64,000 bases of DNA from contig JAGNEX010000004.1 in assembly GCA_018003035.1 (NCBI GenBank), positions 651 through 64,650 of the forward strand. The letters run 5' to 3'. Every line of letters starts with the position of its first letter. The stretch's first letter is position 1. The position numbers and the translations under genes were made by a program. Positions 17,426 to 27,263 of the stretch are shown here, piece by piece. The notes below the pieces were generated by a model that was given only the letters and a program-made list of their open reading frames with translations, did no database searches and had not been told where the DNA came from. This stretch comes from Acidimicrobiia bacterium. Its GTDB lineage: Bacteria; Actinomycetota; Acidimicrobiia; IMCC26256; JAGNEX01.

Positions 17426-19776
17426 ATCCCAGGCGGTTAGGCGCGCAACTCGCCTTGGCTCTGGCCTGCGTCTTCGCAGCGTTGAGCTGGGGACGAGTCT
17501 TCGCCGACTGGACCTTTGCCGGCCCCGCGGTCGCGGGTCTCGCCGGCCCTGTATTGATCGGCACCCTCTGCACTGCTGCTGGCTGGCGTTGGTGGGTGCG
17601 GCTGCCCCTCCAGTTCGGATTGTTCTTTGTGTTGATGGCTGCCGCTGCGGGCGCTGGCAACAGCATCGGCGGAGTACTTCCAAACGGTGCGACGTTCGAC
17701 ATGATCCGCCAGGCGCTGCAGGACACCGGGACGATTGTCCGGGAGTCCGTTCCTCCGGTAGAGGTCACGCCGACCATTTCGATCCTCGTCACCCTGTTCA
17801 TGTGGCTCGGGGGTATGGCCACTGACGCCATCTCGACGCGACCCCATCAGCTACTGGCTGCGCTCATCCCTGATGCAGCGATTGTCTGTATCGCAACGCT
17901 GTTCGCTCCGGAGAACCACGAGTTCCGTACGGTGATCGCTTCGGGGTTTTTGTTCTTCGCGATTTTGCATTCTCTGTTGTTGCTGCTCGATATGCGGTCC
18001 CGCCAGCGTTCTCGGAACGGTGATGGCATCAAATGGCGCCGAGCGAGCGAAGTCGCCCAGACCAACAAGGTGGCCGCGAGTCCACCGCCGTCGAGGGACT
18101 CACTCCAGCGGACCCTCATTCGCGGGCTTCCTATCGTTGCGTTGGCCGCAATCCTCGCTCCGATCGTCGGCGCTCACCTTCCCGGGGCCGAGGCACCTGC
18201 GCTGTTACCGGTTGTTGGTTCGACCGAGCAACAAGAGCCGCGTACCGTCCCATCACCTCTGATCGACATGCAGCCGCAGCTCCAGATCGATCCGCCAGTC
18301 GAGGTGTTCACCGTCAAATCTTCGCAGCCGGGCGGCGCGTACTGGCGTCTGACCAGCCTTGAGAGCTTCGATGGCCGTCAGTGGTCACATAACGCGAGTT
18401 ATGAGTCGGTCGACGGCGAGTTGAACTTCGGGGTCGGGGCGGACGTGCCGACCGAAGGTATCGACCAGACCTTTAACATCACCAACCTCGATCGGTTCTG
18501 GGCCGACAGCGACACTCAGCGTTTCTGGTTACCCGCCGCCTATGCGCCCACCAAGTTCGATGTGGGCGACATCCGCGCCGACTCCGCATCGGGCAGCGTC
18601 ATCACCAAAGAGGCGACCGCAACGGGACTGAGCTACTCGGTGCACAGCGAGGAGCCCGTGCCGACCGAAGCTCAGCTCAAAGCCGCAACGGGAGCTCCGC
18701 CCAAATCGGTAGCCCCCTATCTGGAGCTCCCCGAGCTCCCCGAACGGATCGGCGCCTTGGCGACTCAGATCACCGCGGGCGCCGTCACGCCCTATGACAA
18801 GGCAAAGGCGATCGAGACCTATCTGCTCGGCTTCACCTACAACGAAGCCGTCACAATGAACCACTCCACGTCGTACCTCGAGCAGTTCTTGTTCGAGATC
18901 CAAGAGGGCTACTGCGAGCAGTTCGCCGCCTCGTATGCCGTGCTCGGGCGTTCGTTGGGGCTCCCCACGCGAGTGGCCGTCGGTTTCACACCGGGCACCT
19001 ACGATGCCGCAACCCAAACTTTTAGGGTGACCACGGACAACGCGCATGCTTGGCCCGAGGTCTATTTCGAAGGAATTGGCTGGATCAAGTTTGAGCCGAC
19101 GCCGCGGACCGATGAAGGCGGTCCGAACGGTAACGCTGACCCACCGCCTCCCGAAGACGAACAAACAGCTCCGTCGACGACGACGACCGTTCCGCCTCAA
19201 GAGGCAGAGACACCACCGCCCCCACCGCCGCCCCCGGACAACGTGCCTAGCACAACCACTACGACCAGCGCGGAGAACGAGGTCACTCCACCGCCTCCCG
19301 ATGAGCCTGAGTCGCCGCCGCCTTCCAGTCGTAACTGGACCCCATTCCTGGTGGTCCTCGCGACGGCCGGCCTGGTTGCCGCCTATGTCTTTGGCATCCC
19401 GGCGTTGAAGAAGCGCCGCCGCGATCAACGCCTCAACGCGCCAGATATGCGGGATCGTGTTTCTGGAGCTTGGGACGAGGTGAGCGATCGACTGCTCGAG
19501 CGCAGCATCACCCGGCCAAAGACGTTGACGAACACCGAGTTCGCTGGTGCGCTCGAAGGTCAATATGGTCCGGCCTTCGCCGATGATTTGACTGCTTTGG
19601 GCGCCCAACAGTCCGCCGCATCTTTTGCGCCAAGCGACCCGTCGTCGGACCAGGCGAGTATGGCCTGGGGCGCTGCTGATCGCATCGCGAACGAACTCGA
19701 AAGCGGCCTGTCCGCGCCTAAGCGCTGGCTCTACCGCCTGGACCCACGGCCGCTGCTGGCCCGTGGAGGCCACTAG
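17422..19776 (+). CDS. Transglutaminase-like membrane protein (TgpA-type, DUF3488/DUF4129 architecture)
   Basis: 784 aa with multi-TM N-terminus, GYCEQFAASYAVLGRSLGLPTRVAVGFTPG...DNAHAWPEVYF, a Pro-rich linker and a C-terminal TM. Confidence 0.9.
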   Translation: MNPRRLGAQLALALACVFAALSWGRVFADWTFAGPAVAGLAGPVLIGTLCTAAGWRWWVRLPLQFGLFFVLMAAAAGAGNSIGGVLPNGATFDMIRQALQDTGTIVRESVPPVEVTPTISILVTLFMWLGGMATDAISTRPHQLLAALIPDAAIVCIATLFAPENHEFRTVIASGFLFFAILHSLLLLLDMRSRQRSRNGDGIKWRRASEVAQTNKVAASPPPSRDSLQRTLIRGLPIVALAAILAPIVGAHLPGAEAPALLPVVGSTEQQEPRTVPSPLIDMQPQLQIDPPVEVFTVKSSQPGGAYWRLTSLESFDGRQWSHNASYESVDGELNFGVGADVPTEGIDQTFNITNLDRFWADSDTQRFWLPAAYAPTKFDVGDIRADSASGSVITKEATATGLSYSVHSEEPVPTEAQLKAATGAPPKSVAPYLELPELPERIGALATQITAGAVTPYDKAKAIETYLLGFTYNEAVTMNHSTSYLEQFLFEIQEGYCEQFAASYAVLGRSLGLPTRVAVGFTPGTYDAATQTFRVTTDNAHAWPEVYFEGIGWIKFEPTPRTDEGGPNGNADPPPPEDEQTAPSTTTTVPPQEAETPPPPPPPPDNVPSTTTTTSAENEVTPPPPDEPESPPPSSRNWTPFLVVLATAGLVAAYVFGIPALKKRRRDQRLNAPDMRDRVSGAWDEVSDRLLERSITRPKTLTNTEFAGALEGQYGPAFADDLTALGAQQSAASFAPSDPSSDQASMAWGAADRIANELESGLSAPKRWLYRLDPRPLLARGGH

Positions 19777-20240
19777 TCACACGCCCAAGATGATCATTTC
19801 GTTTGGCATCCGCCGATTCTGGACCGCGGATGCCATACGGAAGATGGACCCCGATCCATGAGCGTGGGCCCGCCGTCGTCTATCGCTGGTTGTCGGCAAA
19901 CGTGTTGGTCGACTGTTCGCTGCAAGACGGGCGTCCGCCGGTTGCCTTCGACAGCAGGCCACCGAGACAGTACGCGTGTGCCCCCGCTCGAGGGGGTTCT
20001 GATCGCGACCCTCTCAGGCTCGGGCCCTGCTTCGGCAAAAGAACTTCAAATGCCTCGGCGACCGTCCAAGGCCACGCTGGGAGCAAACGACATTTCGCCG
20101 GAGCCTTGCCGTGCGCCTGCGTTCGCAGAGAACATCCGTGGCCGCGCACAGGCCGCGACATGACACGTGACATTGCAATCCGTCGGTTCCAGGCTCGATC
20201 GAGCTGTCAGAAACGACCCAGGCGACGGAAGGACCCGGAA

Positions 20241-20270
20241 CCCCACCTTTTCGGACAAAGGGTTTGGGGG
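20241..20270 (-). terminator. Stem-loop downstream of the DUF3040 gene
   Basis: CCCCA-CCTTT...AAAGG-(GTT)-TGGGG, 5+5 bp with a 3-nt bulge, starting about 8 nt beyond the stop codon at 20278. Confidence 0.45.
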
Positions 20271-20277
20271 GAAGCGA

Positions 20278-20694
20278 TTAGGAGTCTTGGGGACCCCCGG
20301 GGCGACGGCGGGGACCCTGCCCACTGCCCCCGTTGCCTGGGAACTGGCGTGGGTCGTGCGTCCGCTGGCGCCAATAGTCGCGCATGTTCTGAAGCGGAAC
20401 GACTTCGCTGATCGAGTTAAGTCCCGCCTTTGACAGGCTGCGCGCGTAGAACTCGATGCGAAATGCGGCGCCGAGCATCACCAGGAAGCCCAAAAAGCCC
20501 AGCCAAATGCTGGTCGTGAAGGTGAAGAGGAGGAACAGAAAGCCGAGAACGAACACCATGGCAGAGCGACGAATGTTGCGTGCGGCGTCGCGGTAGATCG
20601 ACTCTTCGGCCTTCTCCGCAAGCGACGGGTCGCTCGTCGTCAGCTGCTCTTCTATTGCAGCAAGGATGCGTTGTTCGTCTTCGGAGAGTGGCAT
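20278..20694 (-). CDS. DUF3040 family membrane protein
   Basis: MPLSEDEQRILAAIEEQLTTSDPSLAEK followed by two TM helices. Start moved from 20727 to 20694. Confidence 0.85.
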   Translation of the reverse strand: MPLSEDEQRILAAIEEQLTTSDPSLAEKAEESIYRDAARNIRRSAMVFVLGFLFLLFTFTTSIWLGFLGFLVMLGAAFRIEFYARSLSKAGLNSISEVVPLQNMRDYWRQRTHDPRQFPGNGGSGQGPRRRPGGPQDS

Positions 20695-20843
20695 TGGTGT
20701 CCCTGCGGGCAAGTGAAATTTCCACACAAACGACTGCGAAAGGCCAGCGCCCGGACGGTTCGACGACCGGCGGACTCAGTTGCGTCTTGGCATTCTCTCA
20801 CTGTGGTGCGGCCACGAACAACGCAACTAAGAACAAAATCGCT

Positions 20844-21350
20844 TCAGGGGTGCACTTGGCGGATGCTGTGCGGGCCGGGGCGACGCCCGGTCAGGTGAAA
20901 CCCGTGATGCTGTTGGCCGGCTTCTCTGGTCTCTGTCCAGTTGGTGAGCGGGCCCCGCACCCAAGGGGGCGCGGTGCGCACATAGTCCGGTATCTCGGCG
21001 AGAGGCACCCAACGCGCTTCGACCACGATCCCGTCTGGGTCCTCGATGTTGATATCGCCTCGTACTGCGTCAGCGACGTAGACCTGGCAATGCATCTCCC
21101 AGCCCATATCCAGTGCGGCGACCTCGACGGTGTACGCCGGCCCCGTCCAGGCCGAAACCTCTAACCCGGTCTCTTCAAAGACTTCGCGGGTCAGGCCGGT
21201 TTCTGTTGACGGGTCATCGTCATCGATGACGCCGCCCGGTGGCGTCCAATCGACTCGCCCATCTTTGCGAACGTTCTTGACCAGCAGAAGCTTGCCGTTC
21301 TGTTCGATCAGGCCGCCAGCGACCAACCATCGGCGCAGCTCCTTAGTCAT
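20844..21350 (-). CDS. NUDIX hydrolase
   Basis: NUDIX box GGVIDDDDPSTETGLTREVFEETGLE. Confidence 0.88.
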   Translation of the reverse strand: MTKELRRWLVAGGLIEQNGKLLLVKNVRKDGRVDWTPPGGVIDDDDPSTETGLTREVFEETGLEVSAWTGPAYTVEVAALDMGWEMHCQVYVADAVRGDINIEDPDGIVVEARWVPLAEIPDYVRTAPPWVRGPLTNWTETREAGQQHHGFHLTGRRPGPHSIRQVHP

Positions 21351-22119
21351 CTCGTAGCCTCCTGCGCGTGAACCTCCGCTTGACGCCCCACCATGTCACG
21401 AGTCCGAGCGCTTCTACAACGATTCTTGATGACATCTTCGACTTGCCGCGGGTTCGGTCGACGAACGCAATGGGCACTTCGCGGATTCGCGCGCCGCGAT
21501 CTGTCGCCCGCATGGCCATCTCGATCTGAAATCCGTACCCGTCGGCGCGCACCGCGTCGCGATCCATCCTGGCGATCAAAGGTGCCGCGTATGCACGGAA
21601 ACCTGCCGTCGCGTCTTTGATGTTGAGGCCCAACATCGCAGCGGAGTAGCGATTACCAAAACGTGACAGCGCGAGTCTGTGCCACGACCATGTCGGGATT
21701 GTCCCGCCCGGAACGTACCGCGAGCCGATTACCAGATCCGCGCCGGCTTCGATCTGTTCGATAAACCGAGGAATCACCGCAGGGTCGTGAGAGCCATCGG
21801 CATCCATCTGGATCAGGACATCGAACCCGTGGTCCAGTCCCCACTGATAGCCAGCCAAGTAGGCCGGGCCGAGACCTTCTTTAACCGAGCGATGCAGCAC
21901 CGAAACGTCGAGGCGCTCGCGGTTGGCGTCAGCCCAGGTTTCGGCAAGCATCGCCGTGCCGTCAGGACTGTTGTCATCAAGCACCAAAACAGAGACGCCG
22001 GGGGCCTCTTGCGCGACGCGCTCCAAGAGCACCTCGATGTTGGCAGCTTCGTTGTATGTCGGAACCATTACTAGGGTCTTACGCACGCCGAAGATGCTAG
22101 GCGGCCGCCGGGCATGCAT
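21343..22119 (-). CDS. Polyprenol (dolichol)-phosphate mannosyltransferase, GT2 family
   Basis: VMVPTYNEAANIEVLLERV...VLVLDDNSPDGT, QMDADGSHDP, EVPIAFVDRTRGKSKMS. Start uncertain: ATG 22119 or a GTG just downstream. The track start at 22290 overlaps the divergent gene. Confidence 0.88.
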   Translation of the reverse strand: MHARRPPSIFGVRKTLVMVPTYNEAANIEVLLERVAQEAPGVSVLVLDDNSPDGTAMLAETWADANRERLDVSVLHRSVKEGLGPAYLAGYQWGLDHGFDVLIQMDADGSHDPAVIPRFIEQIEAGADLVIGSRYVPGGTIPTWSWHRLALSRFGNRYSAAMLGLNIKDATAGFRAYAAPLIARMDRDAVRADGYGFQIEMAMRATDRGARIREVPIAFVDRTRGKSKMSSRIVVEALGLVTWWGVKRRFTRRRLRDD

Positions 22120-22180
22120 TCGGGTCGGATCTCCACGCCGACAACGTTTCGTCACCAGGTAGCTCGCTACGCTTGCACCC

Positions 22181-22558
22181 ATGGAGACCCAAGCAGAGTT
22201 GCTGATCCCGCAGGGCCCCGAGCACCCTCGCTGGGCGTTTGTGACGGCCTTTAACGGCATCGTCGCCGGCGGGCTGCTGGGCGGGGTCATCGGCTACGGG
22301 CTAGTCAACGTCCAATGTGACGGCGATTGCGGCGCCGCGCTGGCCATAGCCGTCGTGGTTGGGTCGGTGTTGGGAGCGGCAGGTTTGTCGGTCGTTGCAG
22401 CAATCGGGCTGCGAGCTATGGCCGAATGGTCAACCGTCCAAGACCGGGCGCTGCCCCAGCAACAGCCTCTACCCGCGGTCACGTCCTCGCCCGCCAGTCC
22501 CAAGACGGCCTCCGAACCGTCCCAAGCCGAGATTTCACCATCGACCGAAGCTGACTGA
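22181..22558 (+). CDS. Hypothetical two-TM membrane protein
   Basis: 125 aa: METQAELLIPQGPEHPRWAFVTAFNGIVAGGLLGGVIGYGLVNVQCDGDCGAALAIAVVVGSVLGAAG. Confidence 0.55.
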   Translation: METQAELLIPQGPEHPRWAFVTAFNGIVAGGLLGGVIGYGLVNVQCDGDCGAALAIAVVVGSVLGAAGLSVVAAIGLRAMAEWSTVQDRALPQQQPLPAVTSSPASPKTASEPSQAEISPSTEAD

Positions 22559-22663
22559 CAACGCCACTTCTCGGCGGACCCCTCACGTCCTCAATCGGCG
22601 ACAAGCAACGACGCTGCCGAGCAACAGCGAACTTGTCGGCCCACTGCAGGTGCCGCACCCTGG

Positions 22664-23518
22664 CTACTTCCGGAGCGGCCGTATGAGTCCCTCCTGGGTG
22701 ACCGTTGTCACGAGCCGACCGTCGGCTGAATAGATGTAGCCCTGCGACAGGCCACGCGCTCCCCCCGCAAAAGGGCTGTACTGGTCGTACAGCATCCATT
22801 GCGAAGCGTCGATGTCGTTGTGGAACCACATCGCGTGGTCGAGACTTGCAACTTGGAATCGCGGTTCAAACCACGAGTGTGCGTGAGGGCCCATCGAAAT
22901 ATCAAGCAGGGTCATATCCGAGACGTAGGTCACCAAGCAGCGCTGCAACATCTGGTCAGAAGGCGGCGTTCCATTCGTCCGGAACCAGACTTGCTGGGAC
23001 GGAGGACCGATCTCGCCGGTCATGCCGCTTGGCATCGTGACGTAACGGAGTTCGATGGGGCGCTCGGTCCGGATCCACGATTTGAGCAGCTGAGCCTTGT
23101 CACCCAGACGCTCTTCCGTCGTAGGGAGGTCTTCGGGACGTGGCACCTCGGGCATCGGCCGGAAATGCTCGACCCCCTCTTCGACAACCTGAAACGACGC
23201 CTGCATGTGGAAGATGGGCCGTCCATGCTGGATCGCGTCGACACGGCGAGTCGTAAATGACTGACCGTCCCGGAGCCGATGAACTTCGTAGATGATCGGA
23301 ACCGACGTATCACCTGGCCGAAGGAAATATGCGTGAAGGCTGTGCGCAGGCCGGGCCACGCTGTCGAGGGTCCGGCCCGCTGCGACAAGCGCCTGGCCTG
23401 CGACCTGTCCCCCAAACACCCGCTGTTGAGTGACATCGGGACTCCGGCCCCGGAACAGGTTTTCCTCAAGGGTTTCCAGATCGAGAATCGCAATAAGACC
23501 GTCTAAGGCGCCTGACAT
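22664..23518 (-). CDS. tesB: Acyl-CoA thioesterase II (TesB family)
   Basis: MSGALDGLIAILDLETLEENLFRGRSP...VFGGQVAGQALVAA...HSLHAYFLRPGD...SLDHAMWFH. Start at ATG 23518. Confidence 0.9.
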   Translation of the reverse strand: MSGALDGLIAILDLETLEENLFRGRSPDVTQQRVFGGQVAGQALVAAGRTLDSVARPAHSLHAYFLRPGDTSVPIIYEVHRLRDGQSFTTRRVDAIQHGRPIFHMQASFQVVEEGVEHFRPMPEVPRPEDLPTTEERLGDKAQLLKSWIRTERPIELRYVTMPSGMTGEIGPPSQQVWFRTNGTPPSDQMLQRCLVTYVSDMTLLDISMGPHAHSWFEPRFQVASLDHAMWFHNDIDASQWMLYDQYSPFAGGARGLSQGYIYSADGRLVTTVTQEGLIRPLRK

Positions 23519-23592
23519 GCCATCAACCCTTCCCAGAAGACGAACAGCATGAGTTTCTAGAACATTCTCAGCGGGGAGTGCAGTTTTGAAAG

Positions 23593-24258
23593 TTGGCGTT
23601 GAACAACAATCATGTGTTGGTGACCTTCTACGTACCGAGGCGCCAAACTTACGACCTGGGAACCCTAGATGAGTCGGCTGCGCCCCGAGACCCGATGGAG
23701 CTCTTTGACGCCTGGTTTGCTGATGCCCTCGAAACCGAGGCGGGCGAGGCCGCGGCAATGGTGTTGTCGACGGTCGATGCGACCGGACGGCCCGATGGTC
23801 GGGTGGTGCTGATCAGGGCAACCGACCAAGCGCGCTTGGGGTTTTTTACCAACTACCGAAGCGCTAAAGCGTCTCAACTGCTGGACAGCCCCTGGGGGGC
23901 CGGGACGTTTTATTGGCCGGCGAGACAGCGCCAGGTACGGGTGCGCGGCAGCGTCGAGCCGATGAGCGCCGAGCGGTCTGATGAGTACTTTGCGAGCCGC
24001 CCGAGAGGCAGCCAACTGTCGGCATGGGCATCAGAGCAATCGACCATCATCAAAGACCGAACACAGCTGAGTAGTCGCATGGCCGCCGCCGAAGATGACT
24101 TTCGCGGCCGAGACGTACAGCGCCCGCCCCACTGGGGCGGCTACTGGCTGGCGTGTGATCAGATCGAGTTCTGGCAAGGCCGAACGGACCGTCTTCACGA
24201 CCGACTACGGTTCAACCGCCAACAAAACGGGTGGTCTATGGACCGCCTGTCGCCGTGA
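23593..24258 (+). CDS. pdxH: Pyridoxamine 5'-phosphate oxidase
   Basis: AAPRDPMELFDAWFADAL...GRPDGRVVLIRATDQARLGFFTNYRSAKASQL...PHWGGYWLACDQIEFWQGRTDRLHDR. Confidence 0.92.
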   Translation: MALNNNHVLVTFYVPRRQTYDLGTLDESAAPRDPMELFDAWFADALETEAGEAAAMVLSTVDATGRPDGRVVLIRATDQARLGFFTNYRSAKASQLLDSPWGAGTFYWPARQRQVRVRGSVEPMSAERSDEYFASRPRGSQLSAWASEQSTIIKDRTQLSSRMAAAEDDFRGRDVQRPPHWGGYWLACDQIEFWQGRTDRLHDRLRFNRQQNGWSMDRLSP

Positions 24259-24334
24259 GTAGCGAACTGACCGAGCATCAGGCGCCTACCAGCCACGGAC
24301 GTCACCAACGTCCACGCCCTGTACTTCAACCAAG

Positions 24335-25900
24335 ATGAGGAGCAGCCGCAGCATGAGCCCCGAAACGACAACGTCAGCGCCAATTTCGGCCGACCCTGCG
24401 ACTCCGGAAGATTTGCCGATCGTCCTCTCGATCGACGCGGGAACAACCGGCGTCCGGACACTGGCGATCGACGCGAATGGAACCAAACAGGGATGGTCGT
24501 ACCGGGAGTTCCCCCAGTATTTCCCCGAGCCGGGCTGGGTTGAACACGACGCCCTGGAAATCTGGGATGCCGTCGCAGCGACCCTCGCCGACGTCGTCGA
24601 ACAGATCGGTGATGCACACCGAATTGCGGCAATCGGTATTACCAACCAGAGAGAGACCACCATCGTGTGGGACGCCCACACCGGTCAACCACTCCACCGG
24701 GCCCTCGTCTGGCAGGACCGACGAACCGCCGCTCGCTGCGACGAACTGAAGGCCGGGGGTGTCGAACCGTTGGTCCGGGCGAAAACCGGCCTGGTCCTAG
24801 ACCCCTACTTTTCTGCCACAAAACTCGAATGGCTGTTCACCAAGGGCGGTGTCGCCGCCGATCAGAACACGCTTTTTGGCACGGTCGATTCGTGGATTCT
24901 GTGGAAGCTCACCGGCGGCATCGACGGCGGAGTTCATGGGACGGATCCGTCCAACGCAAGCCGGACGCTGCTGTACAACATCGGCGAACGACGCTGGGAC
25001 GATGAGCTGTGCGAACTCTTTTCGGTGCCTCCCACCTGCCTCCCACAGGTGATGGCCTCCTCTGGTCGATTCGGCATCACGAACCCCAACTCAGCAGCCG
25101 GACTGGCGGTTCCGGTCTCGGGTATTGCAGGCGACCAGCAGGCGTCGCTCTTCGGACAGGCGTGCTTCGCTCCGGGCGCGACAAAGAACACTTACGGAAC
25201 TGGGTCGTTTGTGTTGATGAACGTTGGAACGTCGGTCCCTCGCATCGTGGACGGCATTCTGACGACAGTCGCCTGGCAGATTGGCGACGAAGTGACCTAC
25301 GCAGCGGAAGGCGCGATTTTCGTGACCGGCGCGGCGATCAAATGGCTTCGTGACGGCCTCGGACTGATCGAGGCTGCCGCAGACACCGGTCCCCTTGCGG
25401 CATCCGTTCCCGACACTGGCGGCGTGTATCTGGTCCCGGCGTTTGCCGGGCTCGGTTCCCCTTACTGGGACCCGTACGCGCGAGGCACGATCGTCGGGCT
25501 GACCCTCGGGACCACGGCGGCCCACATGGCCCGAGCGGTCGTCGAGGCGATGGCGTACCAAACCAAAGACGTCATCGACGCCATGACCTCGGCTGCGGGC
25601 ACGTCGGTCGAGTTGTTGCATGTCGACGGTGGCGCAAGCGTCATGGACCTGCTGTGCCAATTCCAGGCGGACCTACTGGGAGTCGAGGTGAGACGGCCGG
25701 TCGTCCAGGAGACCACCGCCATGGGCGCCGCCTACCTTGCTGGATTGGCCGAGGGCGTGTGGGCATCGCTCGATGACATCACCGACGCGTGGCAACTCGA
25801 CCGTTCGTTCGAGCCGGAAGCGTCGAGGGACGCGTCGTCGAGCGGGTACGAGGGATGGCTGCGAGCGGTCGAACGGTCTCGGGGCTGGAGCACCACCTAG
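24335..25900 (+). CDS. glpK: Glycerol kinase (FGGY family)
   Basis: VLSIDAGTTGVRTLAIDANG, GITNQRETTIVWD, ALVWQDRRTAARCDEL, KNTYGTGSFVLMN, MGAAYLAGLAEGVW. Alternative start ATG 24353. Confidence 0.92.
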   Translation: MRSSRSMSPETTTSAPISADPATPEDLPIVLSIDAGTTGVRTLAIDANGTKQGWSYREFPQYFPEPGWVEHDALEIWDAVAATLADVVEQIGDAHRIAAIGITNQRETTIVWDAHTGQPLHRALVWQDRRTAARCDELKAGGVEPLVRAKTGLVLDPYFSATKLEWLFTKGGVAADQNTLFGTVDSWILWKLTGGIDGGVHGTDPSNASRTLLYNIGERRWDDELCELFSVPPTCLPQVMASSGRFGITNPNSAAGLAVPVSGIAGDQQASLFGQACFAPGATKNTYGTGSFVLMNVGTSVPRIVDGILTTVAWQIGDEVTYAAEGAIFVTGAAIKWLRDGLGLIEAAADTGPLAASVPDTGGVYLVPAFAGLGSPYWDPYARGTIVGLTLGTTAAHMARAVVEAMAYQTKDVIDAMTSAAGTSVELLHVDGGASVMDLLCQFQADLLGVEVRRPVVQETTAMGAAYLAGLAEGVWASLDDITDAWQLDRSFEPEASRDASSSGYEGWLRAVERSRGWSTT

Positions 25901-25935
25901 CGCTGACTCTCCTTCAGGAGCGCAGCGGCCTATTC

Positions 25936-25964
25936 GGCTTTGGCGTGTTCAGCACGCTAAAGCC
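25936..25964. terminator. Bidirectional terminator-like hairpin between convergent glpK and aminotransferase genes
   Basis: GGCTTTGGCGTG-TTCAG-CACGCTAAAGCC: 12-bp stem with one G-U pair and a 5-nt loop, lying exactly in the convergent intergenic gap. Confidence 0.75.
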
Positions 25965-27137
25965 TTAGGCGGAGTGGAGGACCTTTTTGATGCCGCGGAT
26001 CGCTTGATTGATGCGCTGTTCGTTCTCGACGAGCGCAAAGCGAACGAACCCTTCGCCACCGGGACCAAAACCGACCCCTGGCGACACTGCGACGTTTGCT
26101 TCTTCGACGAGGCGCACGGCGAATTCGAGGCTTCCAAGCGACCGGAACTCTTCAGGAATCTGAGCCCAGACAAACATCGTCGCTTCAGGCGGTTTGACAT
26201 CCCACCCAATGCGCTGCAGGCCTTGTATGAGGGTGTTGCGGCGCCCCAGGTAGATGTCGTTGACCGTTGCGGGGAACTCGTCCGCTTCGTTCAACGTGAC
26301 GGTCGCTGCTATCTGGATCGGCTGGAAGGTCCCGTAATCGAGGTAGGACTTGAGCTTGGCGAGCGCCGCGACGACTTCGGCGTTGCCCAGCAAGAACCCA
26401 AGCCGCCAACCGGCCATCGAATAACTCTTGGTCATGGTGTAGAGCTCGACAGCGACATCCTTGGCCCCAGGAACCTGGAGAATCGACGGCGGCACATACC
26501 CGTCGAACGCCGTATCGGAATACGCGAAGTCGTGAACGATTAAGACATCCCGTTCCCGAGCAAAGTCCACGACCTTGGACATGAAGTCGAGGTCTACAAC
26601 CGTGGTCGTCGGATTGTGCGGAAACGACATGATGATCACGCGCGGTCGAGGCCAAGCGCGGTCCCAGGCATTGCGCAGATTCTCGAAAAAATCCTCTTCG
26701 GGACCCAGCAGAACCTGACGAATGTCGGCACCGGCCAACACCGGGGCGTAGATGTGGATCGGATACGACGGGCTGGGGACCAACGCGATGTCGCCGGGCT
26801 GCACCAAGGTCCACATCAGGTGGCTGAGACCCTCTTTGGCGCCGATCGTCGAAATCGCTTCGGTCTCTGGGTCGAGCGACACCTGGTAGCGCCGCTCGTA
26901 CAGACCGCAAATAGCACGGCGAAGGCCGGGGATGCCGCGGGACGCCGAATAGCGGTGGTTACGTGAGTTCTGCGCTGCTTCACACAGCTTCGCGACAGCC
27001 AGATCGGGTGATGCGATATCCGGGTTACCAAAGCCCAGGTCGATGACATCTTCGCCACGGCGACGCGCTGCCAACTTGAGAGCGTCGATCTGTGCGAAAA
27101 CGTACGGTGGCAACACGTTGATGCGGCGAAAATCCAT
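25965..27137 (-). CDS. PLP-dependent aminotransferase class I/II (AlaC-like)
   Basis: 390 aa: [57 protein letters not shown]. Confidence 0.88.
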   Translation of the reverse strand: MDFRRINVLPPYVFAQIDALKLAARRRGEDVIDLGFGNPDIASPDLAVAKLCEAAQNSRNHRYSASRGIPGLRRAICGLYERRYQVSLDPETEAISTIGAKEGLSHLMWTLVQPGDIALVPSPSYPIHIYAPVLAGADIRQVLLGPEEDFFENLRNAWDRAWPRPRVIIMSFPHNPTTTVVDLDFMSKVVDFARERDVLIVHDFAYSDTAFDGYVPPSILQVPGAKDVAVELYTMTKSYSMAGWRLGFLLGNAEVVAALAKLKSYLDYGTFQPIQIAATVTLNEADEFPATVNDIYLGRRNTLIQGLQRIGWDVKPPEATMFVWAQIPEEFRSLGSLEFAVRLVEEANVAVSPGVGFGPGGEGFVRFALVENEQRINQAIRGIKKVLHSA

Positions 27138-27263
27138 CGGCAGAAATTACCAGGGCGCGACCGCGCAACTACGGCTCTGGCACTGTCAGGTCCCTACCCT
27201 GTGCCCTAGCTCCGTGGACAGGCCGATAGCGCCCCGGCGACGCGCCGAGCAGGCATCGATCCT

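Noticed and set aside
18529-19773. 414-aa minus-strand ORF
   Set aside because: Antisense to the transglutaminase gene; Arg/Gly/Val shadow composition.
19880-20173. 97-aa minus-strand ORF in the 19777-20240 gap
   Set aside because: No hydrophobic core, motif or convincing start context; retained only as an unexplained region in findings.
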